A stretch of DNA of 64,000 nucleotides from Turneriella sp. (GTDB lineage Bacteria; Spirochaetota; Leptospiria; Turneriellales; Turneriellaceae), in contig CBDIID010000003.1 in the NCBI GenBank assembly GCA_965279515.1, forward strand, positions 1,664,001 through 1,728,000. Reading direction: 5' to 3'. This document shows, one piece after another, positions 38,233 through 47,548 of the stretch; position 1 is the stretch's first letter; each line of letters opens with the position of its first letter. The notes beneath the pieces are model-generated. The model had not been told where the DNA came from and made no database searches. It saw nothing but the letters and a program-made list of their open reading frames with translations. The position numbers were made by a program, and so were the translations under genes.

Positions 38233-39132
38233 ATGAAACCCGAAGAATGGGAAAAGCTCGGTTCGTATCTAACAATACAAAATCGCAGAATATTTGTCTA
38301 TGATTCGGGAGGGAGCAAGCAGGCCATCTGTATTCTCCATGGATACCCGACTTCATCTTTGGACTATCATAAAGTGCTCCCCGTATTAGAGAAAAAATAC
38401 CGCGTCATTGTACACGATCACTTAGGCTTTGGATTTTCAGACAAGCCGCAAGATTATTCATACTCGCTCATCGAACAGGCCGATATGGCGCTCCTGCTTT
38501 GGCAGCAACTCAGAATCAAGTCTGCACACCTTGTCGCTCATGACTACGGAACAAGTGTGGCCACTGAAATTATTGCCCGCAGGAATATCGGCACAGAACC
38601 CATCAAGCTACTGTCCCTGACTCTCTGCAATGGCAGCGTTCATATTGAGCTCGCAAAACTGCGGATCATACAAAAGTTGCTGCGCAACAAGTTGATCGGA
38701 CCGCTCGTGGCAAGACTTAGCAGCAAGAGAGTATTTGCGCAAAATATGAAACAATTATGGCATGATAAATCAAAACTCACGCATGAAGAACTGGATGCCA
38801 TGTGGACAATGCTCATCCACAATAACGGAAAGGCTGTGCTCGCGAAAATAACCCAGTACCTTCGCGATCGGGTTACTTTCTGGCACAGGTGGGTAGGCGG
38901 CCTGGTAAAGACGGATATCCGTACAAATATACTTTGGGGTGAAAGTGATCCCATTACCGGGGCAGATGTGGCAAAAGTGCATCACCGTGAAATGCGGAAC
39001 AGCCAGCTCCTCTTACTGGAAAAAGTCGGGCATTATCCGATGCTGGAAGCCCCTGAAAAGTGGGCACAGCTGTTATTGTCGGCATTGAGATCCAGCCCCA
39101 AAACCCCGGATTGGGACAAACCATTTGCTTGA
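38233..39132 (+). CDS. Alpha/beta hydrolase, MEST/epoxide-hydrolase-like
   Basis: LHGYPTSS.D, DHLGFGFSDKP, AHDYG nucleophile and GHYPMLE motifs. Confidence 0.9.
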   Translation: MKPEEWEKLGSYLTIQNRRIFVYDSGGSKQAICILHGYPTSSLDYHKVLPVLEKKYRVIVHDHLGFGFSDKPQDYSYSLIEQADMALLLWQQLRIKSAHLVAHDYGTSVATEIIARRNIGTEPIKLLSLTLCNGSVHIELAKLRIIQKLLRNKLIGPLVARLSSKRVFAQNMKQLWHDKSKLTHEELDAMWTMLIHNNGKAVLAKITQYLRDRVTFWHRWVGGLVKTDIRTNILWGESDPITGADVAKVHHREMRNSQLLLLEKVGHYPMLEAPEKWAQLLLSALRSSPKTPDWDKPFA

Positions 39133-39323
39133 TACAACGTGAGTGCCATAGATTCTCCGAATCACCTGACAAATCCGATGGCTACACCCTGATCACTTTT
39201 GATATGTTTTCCGGGCGCTCCATCGATGCAACGCGCAATCTGTATTCGGCAATAGTTAATAACCTTTCCAGGTTCGGCAGACTGGCCAAGGAGCTACGGC
39301 ACCGAAGGGAGCGCAGCATGTAA
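39130..39323 (+). pseudogene. Truncated tautomerase-family gene fragment
   Basis: ...PDKSDGYTLITFDMFSGRSIDATRNLYSAIVNNLSRFG resembles the internal part of Tautomerase_2 proteins. No N-terminal MP and no normal C-terminus. Confidence 0.5.
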
Positions 39324-39328
39324 ACTTT

Positions 39329-39374
39329 GTTGTCTACCGTTGTTGCGCTTGAGAGCCCGACACGGACGTCGGGC
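39329..39374. repeat. Left inverted repeat plus GGA hairpin of the cargo island
   Basis: gttgtctaccgttgttgcgct (39329-39349), then gcccgac-ACGGAC-gtcgggc (39355-39374). Confidence 0.75.
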
Positions 39375-39585
39375 GAAAACGGGCGATCTGACAAGAGAGT
39401 AGGTTTTGCGGTTCTATGAGTCATATCCTCCCAGAAATAAGCATACAAGACTGCGCCGACAAAGAAAGTAGCGTTTGAATATTATACACGCTCATAAATA
39501 TCGACGTTGGCAGCACCATTTATGGCTTGTACCTCTAAATGCTTGGTGTAACGGAGAAATTAAGCTGGCGTTATGGAGGGTCAAA

Positions 39586-40098
39586 ATGATTAGATTATTT
39601 AAAATGCCCTATTTGAGGTCTTGGTCAACGCCACTAACCATTGCTTCTTTCATATTGATGTCAGGGACTGGCATAATGATGTTTTTTCAAGGGAACCTCG
39701 GCCTGATAACCGTCGTCCATGAATGGTTTTCCTGGATCTTTCTCCTCGGCTCCACAGGTCATATTGCAGCCAATATCAAGCCATTGTTGAATCATCTGAA
39801 GAGCTATTGGGGGCAAATCAGCGTCGTGCTTTTTACCACGTTTCTCATTTTGTCCTTTTTCTCTTGGGGGATGATCACGGGACCCCAGCTTAAAAAACCC
39901 ATTGAGCAAACCCTGATCAACGCATCATTGACTGCGCTTGCAGGCTTAACAGGAACTACATTGGCTGATTTGTTAGGTAAATTCAAAAAGCAAGGTATCG
40001 ATGCAACTGCGGACCAGTCGATTCGGGAGATCAGTCAGAAAAATGCCGTGGACGAAGATCGCTTACTTGGGATAGTTTTTCTCTCAAATGCAAAATAG
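39586..40098 (+). CDS. DUF4405-like membrane protein
   Basis: GGAGG RBS; WSTPLTIASF.LM..TGIMMFF...HEW...HI..N, with His residues in TM helices. Confidence 0.75.
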   Translation: MIRLFKMPYLRSWSTPLTIASFILMSGTGIMMFFQGNLGLITVVHEWFSWIFLLGSTGHIAANIKPLLNHLKSYWGQISVVLFTTFLILSFFSWGMITGPQLKKPIEQTLINASLTALAGLTGTTLADLLGKFKKQGIDATADQSIREISQKNAVDEDRLLGIVFLSNAK

Positions 40099-40193
40099 AC
40101 CGGAAAAAATTTTGGCGCAAAGAACTTGGTAGCTATATTTAGATATTAAGATCTTACTTTCCACTGCAGGTCGTATGGCAAAAATGCCGTATT

Positions 40194-40682
40194 ATGAATG
40201 CTGCACATTTTCATCTGGCTGTGAACCATTTTCCGGTCATCCTGTTTTTCTTTGGCACGATTGTTCTGATCTTTAGCTTTGCCTTGCCCAATCCATTCTG
40301 GCGAAAAACCGCCTGTTTTGTAGTATTTGCCGCGGCTTTGTCTTCAGTACCTGCATTCCTTACGGGAGAGGGTGCGGAGCACTTCGTCGAAAAATTGGGG
40401 GCCAGTGAGAGTATAATTGGACCCCATGAAAAGACTGCAAAGGTAGCGTTTGCCGGCGGATTGATTTCAGGAGCCGTAGCCGTTTTGACTTGGTTCGTCT
40501 TAATGGCCGGTAACAGGTTCTTGCGCCATGTTTCGTTGTTACTAGGGGTAATATCCATGGTTACTTCCTTAGCGTATTTCTACACCGCTTTTCAAGGCGG
40601 CAAGATCGCTCATAAAGAAATTCGTGAGAATGGGATTCCGCAGAATCTCATCAAACTGAAGAAGTCAGAATCCGATGACTAA
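40194..40682 (+). CDS. DUF2231-like 4-TM membrane protein
   Basis: HLAVNHFPV, TGE.AE, HE..A and TA..GGKIAH motifs. Confidence 0.7.
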   Translation: MNAAHFHLAVNHFPVILFFFGTIVLIFSFALPNPFWRKTACFVVFAAALSSVPAFLTGEGAEHFVEKLGASESIIGPHEKTAKVAFAGGLISGAVAVLTWFVLMAGNRFLRHVSLLLGVISMVTSLAYFYTAFQGGKIAHKEIRENGIPQNLIKLKKSESDD

Positions 40683-40801
40683 CGGACGCTTCAGCTTTTG
40701 GCTAGAGAAACTTTCTGTAGGACTCGTCCGCCTATCGATAGAGGCCAAATTTGTGTTTGCGGATTGAAACAAATTGGGATTGATTGAATTCGGCATCTAT
40801 A

Positions 40802-43309
40802 ATGCAAAATAAATCCGAAGCAACGTTATTTGGTTTGGGTCATGGCGAAGCCATGAGGCGCCTCGAACAAGATGGCCCGAATGAATTGCCACAAGGTGAG
40901 AGCAGGCGCTTTGGCCGGATTTTATTGGAAATTGTTAGCGAACCAATGGTTTTTCTGCTCATTGGATGCGGGGCGATATATTTTTTTCTGGGTGATCCGC
41001 AAGAAGCAGCGATGCTGTTGACATTTCTCGTCCTGATTCTTGGAATTACAATATATCAGGAGCAGAAAGCCGAAAATGCGTTGGCAGCTTTGCGGGACCT
41101 ATCGAGTCCACGCGCCCTCGTCATTCGTGAGGGACAAAAGCAACGCATTGCCGGGCGCGATTTAGTCCGGGATGACATCATCATACTCAACGAGGGCGAT
41201 AAGGTGCCCGCCGATGCAGAGACACTGGCGGCGCAGAATCTAACGGTGGATGAATCGCTTTTGACAGGGGAATCCGTACCCGTGAACAAGATTCAAGCAG
41301 AGGGCAGCGCGCCGCCGGTAGTTTACGCGGGTACGACAATCGTGCGAGGCTCGGGCATCGGCAAGGTCATTGCGACGGGTGTTCGGTCAGAGCTTGGCAA
41401 AATTGGCAAAGCCATCAATACCAGCGTGAGCGAGCAAACTCGGCTGCAAGCCGAAGCGAAACGCATGGTCAACATCATCGCGATAGCAGCAGGACTTCTC
41501 TGCGCCTCCGTGATATTGGTATTTGCACTAACAAGAAGCGACTGGTTAGGGGGCTTGCTTGCCGGTCTGACGCTTGCGATGGCGATCTTGCCCAATGAGT
41601 TGCCTGCCGTATTGACCATTTTTCTCGCTCTCGGCGCGTGGCGGTTATCGCGAAATCGTGTGCTGACCCGCAAGAGTCCGGTCATTGAAGCATTGGGAGC
41701 TGCCACCGTCCTCTGTGTTGACAAAACGGGAACACTGACTCAAAATCGCATGACGGTGCGCAGACTTTGGACCGTCAACGGCGGCCACAATTTCAAAGAA
41801 GATAATACCTCATCACTACCAGAAGAATTCCATGAAATTATTGAATACGGCATTCTTGCCGGTGAGAAAGAACCTTATGACCCGATGGATAAGGCATTCC
41901 AGAATGTGGGCCGCCAATTTTTAGTCGAAACGGAACATCTTCATCCTTCATGGACATTGGTGCAGCAATATCCGTTAACGCCGAATCTTTTGGCCTTATC
42001 GCACGCGTGGCAAACAGTAGATGGTCGGACATTACCCGTTGCCGCGAAAGGAGCACCTGAGGCCATCGTCGATTTATGCCATATGACCGACGCAGACCGG
42101 AAAACCATTTCGATGCAGGTGAAAGAGATGGGCAATGCAGGTTTGCGGGTGCTGGGCATCGCCAAAGCAAAAATCGATAACGCCGTATTGCCCGAAAAAC
42201 AGCACGATTTTGATTTTGAGTTTTTGGGCCTCGTCGGATTGCAAGATCCCATAAGAGCAGAAGTACCACGTGCCATAGCAGAATGCCATTCAGCCGGTAT
42301 TCGCGTGATAATGATCACGGGTGACCATCCTGACACGGCGAAGAGCATCGGCCGGGAAATTAATCTGGCGAATCCGGACGGTGTCATAACGGGCGAAGAA
42401 ATGCGCAATTTGTCCGACGCAGAGCTCAAAAGACAACTCGCAACAATCAGCGTCTGCGCGCGAGTGGTGCCAGAACAGAAATTGCGGCTTATTCAATTAC
42501 TGAAAGAGATGGGTGAGGTAGTCGCGATGACCGGTGACGGAGTCAATGATGCACCGGCCTTGCGAAACGCTCATATCGGGATTGCTATGGGGTCCCGGGG
42601 TACTGATGTTGCACGCGAATCGGCTTCTTTAGTCCTTCTGGACGACGATTTCGGTTCAATCGTCGCAGCGGTTAAGCATGGTCGGCGTATATTCGAGAAT
42701 CTTGGACATGCAACTGCGTATTTGCTTGCTGTACACATCCCCATCACGGGAATTTCCGTAATTCCAATTTTCTTCAATCTGCCTCTGGTCTTACTGCCAA
42801 TCCATATTGCATTTCTTCATCTGATCATCGAACCTGCATGTTCCATCGCGTTTGAAGCCGAGCCTGAATCGGCAGATATTATGAGTCGACGACCGAGGGG
42901 GCTGACAGAAAAATTGTTTTCCAGGAAAAGACTTCTGCCCGTTCTGTGGATTGGTCTGAGCCTATTGGCGGTACTCCTTGTGGTATTCCTGATTAGCCTC
43001 CACCGCGGTCTGGGCGAAGTAGAAGCACGCACTCTCACTTTTTCGACGCTCGTTCTGGCTAATGTCGGCTTGCTCAATGCCCAAAGGGCGAAAAAAGGCG
43101 CAGAGAAAAATGGCATGTTCCTGATTCTTTCTTTGGGCAGCGTAGCTTTTCTGGGAGTAGTGCTGTTTGTACCTTATCTGCAAATTCTCTTCAAATTCTC
43201 AATCCTTCATGCGATTGATATCGCCATTTGCGTTGGGGCAAGCGTCTTTTCGACAATATGTTTTTTTGCCGCTACTCGTTGGATACCCAATAGTCAGAAC
43301 ACAACATAG
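40802..43309 (+). CDS. Cation-transporting P-type ATPase (type II-like)
   Basis: DESLLTGES, PNELP, DKTGTLT, KGAPE, MITGD and TGDGVNDAPAL motifs. Confidence 0.95.
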   Translation: MQNKSEATLFGLGHGEAMRRLEQDGPNELPQGESRRFGRILLEIVSEPMVFLLIGCGAIYFFLGDPQEAAMLLTFLVLILGITIYQEQKAENALAALRDLSSPRALVIREGQKQRIAGRDLVRDDIIILNEGDKVPADAETLAAQNLTVDESLLTGESVPVNKIQAEGSAPPVVYAGTTIVRGSGIGKVIATGVRSELGKIGKAINTSVSEQTRLQAEAKRMVNIIAIAAGLLCASVILVFALTRSDWLGGLLAGLTLAMAILPNELPAVLTIFLALGAWRLSRNRVLTRKSPVIEALGAATVLCVDKTGTLTQNRMTVRRLWTVNGGHNFKEDNTSSLPEEFHEIIEYGILAGEKEPYDPMDKAFQNVGRQFLVETEHLHPSWTLVQQYPLTPNLLALSHAWQTVDGRTLPVAAKGAPEAIVDLCHMTDADRKTISMQVKEMGNAGLRVLGIAKAKIDNAVLPEKQHDFDFEFLGLVGLQDPIRAEVPRAIAECHSAGIRVIMITGDHPDTAKSIGREINLANPDGVITGEEMRNLSDAELKRQLATISVCARVVPEQKLRLIQLLKEMGEVVAMTGDGVNDAPALRNAHIGIAMGSRGTDVARESASLVLLDDDFGSIVAAVKHGRRIFENLGHATAYLLAVHIPITGISVIPIFFNLPLVLLPIHIAFLHLIIEPACSIAFEAEPESADIMSRRPRGLTEKLFSRKRLLPVLWIGLSLLAVLLVVFLISLHRGLGEVEARTLTFSTLVLANVGLLNAQRAKKGAEKNGMFLILSLGSVAFLGVVLFVPYLQILFKFSILHAIDIAICVGASVFSTICFFAATRWIPNSQNTT

Positions 43310-43329
43310 AATTTTGATAGGATTCCCGG

Positions 43330-44067
43330 ATGCCTAAAATACCCAAAACATTTCCCTACGCTGACTGGCTAAATGCCCGCCTGCCGAGCGGTCTGTGGCC
43401 TACAGCCATCGAGAGTATCCGGCGCTGGTTTCTGCTTGCGCTGGCTCTCTCCTTCGTAGGTCTTTTTCTCAAATTCGCTCACAACGTTCTATATGACGCT
43501 GACGATCGCAGTTGGATTGAGAATTGGGATAACATTATTCTTCTCATTATCGCAAAATTTCGTTCCATAACCCTGACCGCCATCATGATTGATATCACAG
43601 CACTCGGTTCAGTCACCCTGATTGCTATGATTGCCACCGTATTCTTCGTGGCCTTCTACCTGCTTCGAGATTTCTCAGGCATATTCCAATTGGCTCTTGC
43701 CGCGGTGGGTGCAGGCTTCTGGACTTGGATTTTCAAAGACTTTGCCGAACGTCCTCGACCAATGATTGTCCCGCAACTCGTGTACGTTTCGGGTTATTCG
43801 TTTCCCAGCGGCCATTCGTTGGCCGCGGCAGCCCTCTACTTCACATTTGCCACGATGGCCGCAAAGCATTTCAGATCCTGGAAACATGCCTTAGCCCTAC
43901 AGGTCTTGGCTGCACTTGTCATTTCATTTGTGGCTTTTTCGCGAGTGTATCTCGGCGTTCATTACCCCAGTGACGTTGTAAGCGGTGCATTGTTCGGCAC
44001 GGCCTGGGCATATTTTGTGGCAGGGGCAATAGCGCTTAAAGGGACAAAGAAATCAGCAGATCAATGA
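43330..44067 (+). CDS. PAP2-family phosphatase (undecaprenyl-PP/lipid phosphatase-like)
   Basis: K....RPRP, SFPSGH and SRVYLGVHYPSDV motifs. Confidence 0.93.
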   Translation: MPKIPKTFPYADWLNARLPSGLWPTAIESIRRWFLLALALSFVGLFLKFAHNVLYDADDRSWIENWDNIILLIIAKFRSITLTAIMIDITALGSVTLIAMIATVFFVAFYLLRDFSGIFQLALAAVGAGFWTWIFKDFAERPRPMIVPQLVYVSGYSFPSGHSLAAAALYFTFATMAAKHFRSWKHALALQVLAALVISFVAFSRVYLGVHYPSDVVSGALFGTAWAYFVAGAIALKGTKKSADQ

Positions 44068-44110
44068 GTTAGGTAATAGTTAGACAAATTCTTAAGTCTA
44101 TGAACTGGAG

Positions 44111-44172
44111 CGCTGGCATGGATGCCAGCGGATAACATAGCGCAACAATGGCAGACACCGCCTCTTACACGA
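44111..44172. repeat. GGA hairpin plus right inverted repeat of the cargo island
   Basis: cgctggc-ATGGAT-gccagcg (44111-44130); agcgcaacaatggcagacacc (44139-44159) matches the reverse complement of 39329-39349 at 18/21. Confidence 0.75.
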
Positions 44173-44193
44173 ACACCCCGACCGGGCCGCGGC

Positions 44194-44946
44194 CTACTTA
44201 GCTAAACGGATCAATTCGCCAAAACTATCGGCCTTCAGACTCGCCCCGCCTACCAGTGCGCCGTCGACGTCTGCTTTCGCCATGATTGCCGCAATGTTGT
44301 CGGGCTTTACCGAGCCACCGTAGAGGATGCGCACTTTCGGCGCGATATCGGGATTGAGTTCTGCTACCCGCGTGCGGATCGCCGCATGCATGTTTTGCGC
44401 ATCTTCGGGTGTCGCATTTTTGCCCGTGCCGATCGCCCAGACCGGTTCATAAGCAATCGCAATCTTGCGCCATTCGTCTGAATTCAGATGTCCCAGCGCC
44501 GCGTTGAGCTGGCCCAAGACAACTGCCTCGGCCTTGCCGGCCTCGCGCTCAGAGAGCGTCTCGCCGACGCAGAGCATTGCCATGAGCCCCTGCTCAAGCA
44601 CACGCGTCACCTTCTGTTTCAGAAATTCATCCGTCTCTTTGAGAACATGGCGGCGCTCTGAGTGGCCGATAAGAACATAACCCGCACCGGCGTCCTTGAT
44701 TTGCCCGGCAGAAATCTCACCGGTGAACGCGCCTTCTTTTTCGGCTGAACAGTTTTGCGCGCCCAGACCGACTTTAGAACCCGCAAGTACAGACGCAACC
44801 TGCGTCAGCTGCAGAAATGTCGGATAGAGTAAAACATCGCGGTCATGAAACTTACCCGCAGCGTCTTTCACTGCTTTTGCCAGGCCAACGGCATCAGCGA
44901 GATTCAGATTCATCTTCCAGTTACCGGCAATCAGGGGTGTGCGCAT
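44194..44946 (-). CDS. tpiA: Triosephosphate isomerase
   Basis: IAGNWKMN, GAFTGE, GHSERR, AYEPVWAIGTG and LVGGASL motifs. Confidence 0.98.
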   Translation of the reverse strand: MRTPLIAGNWKMNLNLADAVGLAKAVKDAAGKFHDRDVLLYPTFLQLTQVASVLAGSKVGLGAQNCSAEKEGAFTGEISAGQIKDAGAGYVLIGHSERRHVLKETDEFLKQKVTRVLEQGLMAMLCVGETLSEREAGKAEAVVLGQLNAALGHLNSDEWRKIAIAYEPVWAIGTGKNATPEDAQNMHAAIRTRVAELNPDIAPKVRILYGGSVKPDNIAAIMAKADVDGALVGGASLKADSFGELIRLAK

Positions 44947-44978
44947 GGAGTTAAGTGTTTTACGTCCTAACCACGTAA

Positions 44979-46685
44979 ATGAAAAAATTACCGATGCGTA
45001 CTTTTGCAGAGGCGCTGGCCCTCGCTGAAACGTGGACAAAGCCGCCGTTTAACGATGAGACCCGCACCGCCGTCGGCGGCCTCTTACAACTACCCGAAAC
45101 CGAAAGAGAAACAGCCATTATGGACCGCTTCGGCTATGACCTGAGCTTCGGCACAGCCGGCATGCGTGCGCTCATGGACATCGGCACCGCGCGCACGAAC
45201 GAATATACCATCGCCCGTGTCACGGCAGCCGTTGCACAGGTGCTCAAAGCCGCAGCAAAGGGGAAATCCCCCTCGGTTGTCGTGGGCTTTGACGGCCGCA
45301 AAGATTCGCAGAAATTTGCCCGCGTCACACAACTGAAGCTGCTTGAGGCCGGGGTGGATGTCTTTGCGTTCGACCGCATCTTGCCGACGCCGCTGATTCC
45401 TTTCGCCGTGCGCCGGCTCAAGGCCGATTGCGGCGTCATGATTACCTCGAGCCATAACGCCGCGCCATATAACGGTTATAAGGTCTATGCCGCGAACGGC
45501 GCGCAGATTCTGTCGCCCTTCGATACCGACGTCATGGCCGCGATGGAAAAAATCCCCTATGCGGGCCCGCAGGAAAAAGCCGCGACCGCGGGCAAGATGA
45601 CAGTGCTCGATGAAACACTGCTGCGCGACTATGTCGCCTGGGTGACGAGCGAAGTCGATTTTGCACCGGCACCAAGCCGGGCACTCAAAATTGTTTTCAC
45701 GCCGCTGCATGGTGCAGCCGGCGCGGTGATGAATGCGGTGTTCTACCGTTCGGGCTTCAAAAATTTTCTGCCGGTGCCACAACAATATGAACCGCATCCC
45801 TCCTTCCCCACCGTCAAAGCGCCGAACCCAGAGAATAAAGACAGCCTTGATATGGCGATTGAAAAGGCCAAGGCCGACGACGCCGACCTGATTCTCGCCA
45901 CCGACGGCGACGGCGACCGTGTCGGTGTTGCCTATAAAAAAGGCGGCAGCTATATCTCGCTCACCGGCAACCAGATTGGCACCCTCTTCCTTTATTACCT
46001 GCTCTCGAAACAGCGGGAGAAAAAGGCCGACCTTTCGAAGGCCATCGCGCTTTCGAGCCTCGTCTCCACTCCGCTCACGCGCGTGATCTGCGAGAAGTTT
46101 GGCATCCGCCATTTTGAAACCCTCACGGGCTTTAAAAATATGGGCAACAAAGCCGACGCGCTCATCACGGCCGACCCGCAGACGCACATGGTACTGGCCT
46201 TCGAAGAAGCCTTCGGCGTCACCGTCGGCGATTCACGCGACAAAGATGGCGTGATCAGCTGCTTGCTAGGCGCTCACATTTCGGCGGATGGCGGCATCGA
46301 GCATTGGCTCAACAAAATGTACGACGAATGCGGGTATGCCGCCGAAGACGCCGTCGAGAAGGAATTCCCCGGCGCCGAAGGCATCGCGGCGATGAGCGCC
46401 CTTGTCGAGAAACTCAGGCAGAACCCACTCAAAGAATTTCTGGGTTCGCCCGTCGTTTCCCTGCGCGATTTTAAGAGTGGGATGGAAATCCGCGAAGGCA
46501 AACAAATACCGATTCAGGATATTCCGGCACAGAACCTTCTTTATTACACCAACGCCGCGGGTGACTGGTTCGCGATTCGTCCTTCGGGTACAGAACCCAA
46601 GGTCAAAGCCTATGTCGGCATACGGCAAAAATCGGAGGAGCGGCTCACGGCGCTCTGCCATTTCGCAGCAGGCCTATTAGAGTAG
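44979..46685 (+). CDS. Phosphoglucomutase/phosphomannomutase
   Basis: FGTAGMR, ITSSHN, DGDGDR, TLTGFK and RPSGTEPK motifs. Confidence 0.95.
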   Translation: MKKLPMRTFAEALALAETWTKPPFNDETRTAVGGLLQLPETERETAIMDRFGYDLSFGTAGMRALMDIGTARTNEYTIARVTAAVAQVLKAAAKGKSPSVVVGFDGRKDSQKFARVTQLKLLEAGVDVFAFDRILPTPLIPFAVRRLKADCGVMITSSHNAAPYNGYKVYAANGAQILSPFDTDVMAAMEKIPYAGPQEKAATAGKMTVLDETLLRDYVAWVTSEVDFAPAPSRALKIVFTPLHGAAGAVMNAVFYRSGFKNFLPVPQQYEPHPSFPTVKAPNPENKDSLDMAIEKAKADDADLILATDGDGDRVGVAYKKGGSYISLTGNQIGTLFLYYLLSKQREKKADLSKAIALSSLVSTPLTRVICEKFGIRHFETLTGFKNMGNKADALITADPQTHMVLAFEEAFGVTVGDSRDKDGVISCLLGAHISADGGIEHWLNKMYDECGYAAEDAVEKEFPGAEGIAAMSALVEKLRQNPLKEFLGSPVVSLRDFKSGMEIREGKQIPIQDIPAQNLLYYTNAAGDWFAIRPSGTEPKVKAYVGIRQKSEERLTALCHFAAGLLE

Positions 46686-46760
46686 CACCTCCATGTGCCT
46701 GAGTCCGCAACACGGATGACGTCCTGTCAGTTGCGTACTAAAGCACCTCCATGTGCCTGA
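46684..46760. repeat. 19-bp direct repeat flanking a stem-loop; three GGA hairpins on the minus strand
   Basis: agcacctccatgtgcctga at 46684-46702 and 46742-46760; the intervening agtccgcaac...gttgcgtact is a 9/10 inverted repeat. Confidence 0.85.
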
Positions 46761-47524
46761 TCATTCTCTCTTTTAACCAGCATCCGGATTTTCCGCTGGT
46801 ACTCGCCGCAAACCGCGATGAGTTTTATGCGCGCCCCACTGCCCCGCTCGATTGGTGGCAGGATAACCCCGCCATTCTCGCGGGGCGCGACCTGACAGCG
46901 GGAGGCACATGGCTCGGTGTCAACAAACAAGGTAAGTTCGCGGCGGTAACCAACTATCGAGAACCGGGCCAGGAAGCGAAAAACAAAAAATCACGCGGCC
47001 TTTTAGTGCAAAATTTCCTGGAATCCGGTGACGCGGCGGCGTATTCGAAAAAACTTTCTGAAACCGGTAACGAGTATAACGGTTTTAACCTGTTGTTCGG
47101 CGATGCGCACCAGGCTTATTATTTCAGCAATCGTTCCGGAAAAGAGGCCGTCGCCGTGCAGGCGGGTCTTTATGGCCTTTCAAACCATCTCCTCGATACG
47201 CCCTGGCCGAAAGTCAGAAAAGCAAAAGCCCGATTCCCCGAACTCGATCCATCCGACAACAAACTGGTATTTACTTTTCTTGCCGACCGGGCCGCTGCTG
47301 CGGACAGTGAAGTGCAGCAGACAGGATTACCTCCGGCGACCGAAAAAGCGCTGTCGCCGATGTTTATCCAGATCGAACGCACCGGCATGCGGCCCGATGG
47401 CGACGATGGTTATGGCACAAGGGTTTCAAGCTTACTGCGCATCGGCAAAGGCGGCCATGCGGCGCTGGCGGAGCGCACGTACCAGCACGGAAAATTCGAT
47501 GCCGATCGGGAATTTACTTTTTAG
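46751..47524 (+). CDS. NRDE/TANGO2-family protein
   Basis: MCLI..., LAANRDEFY.RPT, GGTWLG, SRG and YGTR motifs. Confidence 0.95.
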   Translation: MCLIILSFNQHPDFPLVLAANRDEFYARPTAPLDWWQDNPAILAGRDLTAGGTWLGVNKQGKFAAVTNYREPGQEAKNKKSRGLLVQNFLESGDAAAYSKKLSETGNEYNGFNLLFGDAHQAYYFSNRSGKEAVAVQAGLYGLSNHLLDTPWPKVRKAKARFPELDPSDNKLVFTFLADRAAAADSEVQQTGLPPATEKALSPMFIQIERTGMRPDGDDGYGTRVSSLLRIGKGGHAALAERTYQHGKFDADREFTF

Positions 47525-47548
47525 AACCTCCCTCCCCACTTGCGGGGA

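Noticed and set aside
39310..44175. Autonomous transposon or complete integron
   Set aside because: No transposase or integrase lies within or near the segment, and I saw no target-site duplication. It is kept only as a cassette-like element.
45090..46187. 365-aa antisense ORF (likewise 54073..54927, 24901..25617, 58326..59000, 61341..62060)
   Set aside because: These are shadow ORFs opposite well-supported genes in GC-rich DNA, with no recognisable motifs.
46684..46760. Mini-CRISPR (two repeats plus a 39-bp spacer)
   Set aside because: There are only two 19-bp copies, the spacer is itself palindromic, one copy contains a start codon, and there are no cas genes or leader.
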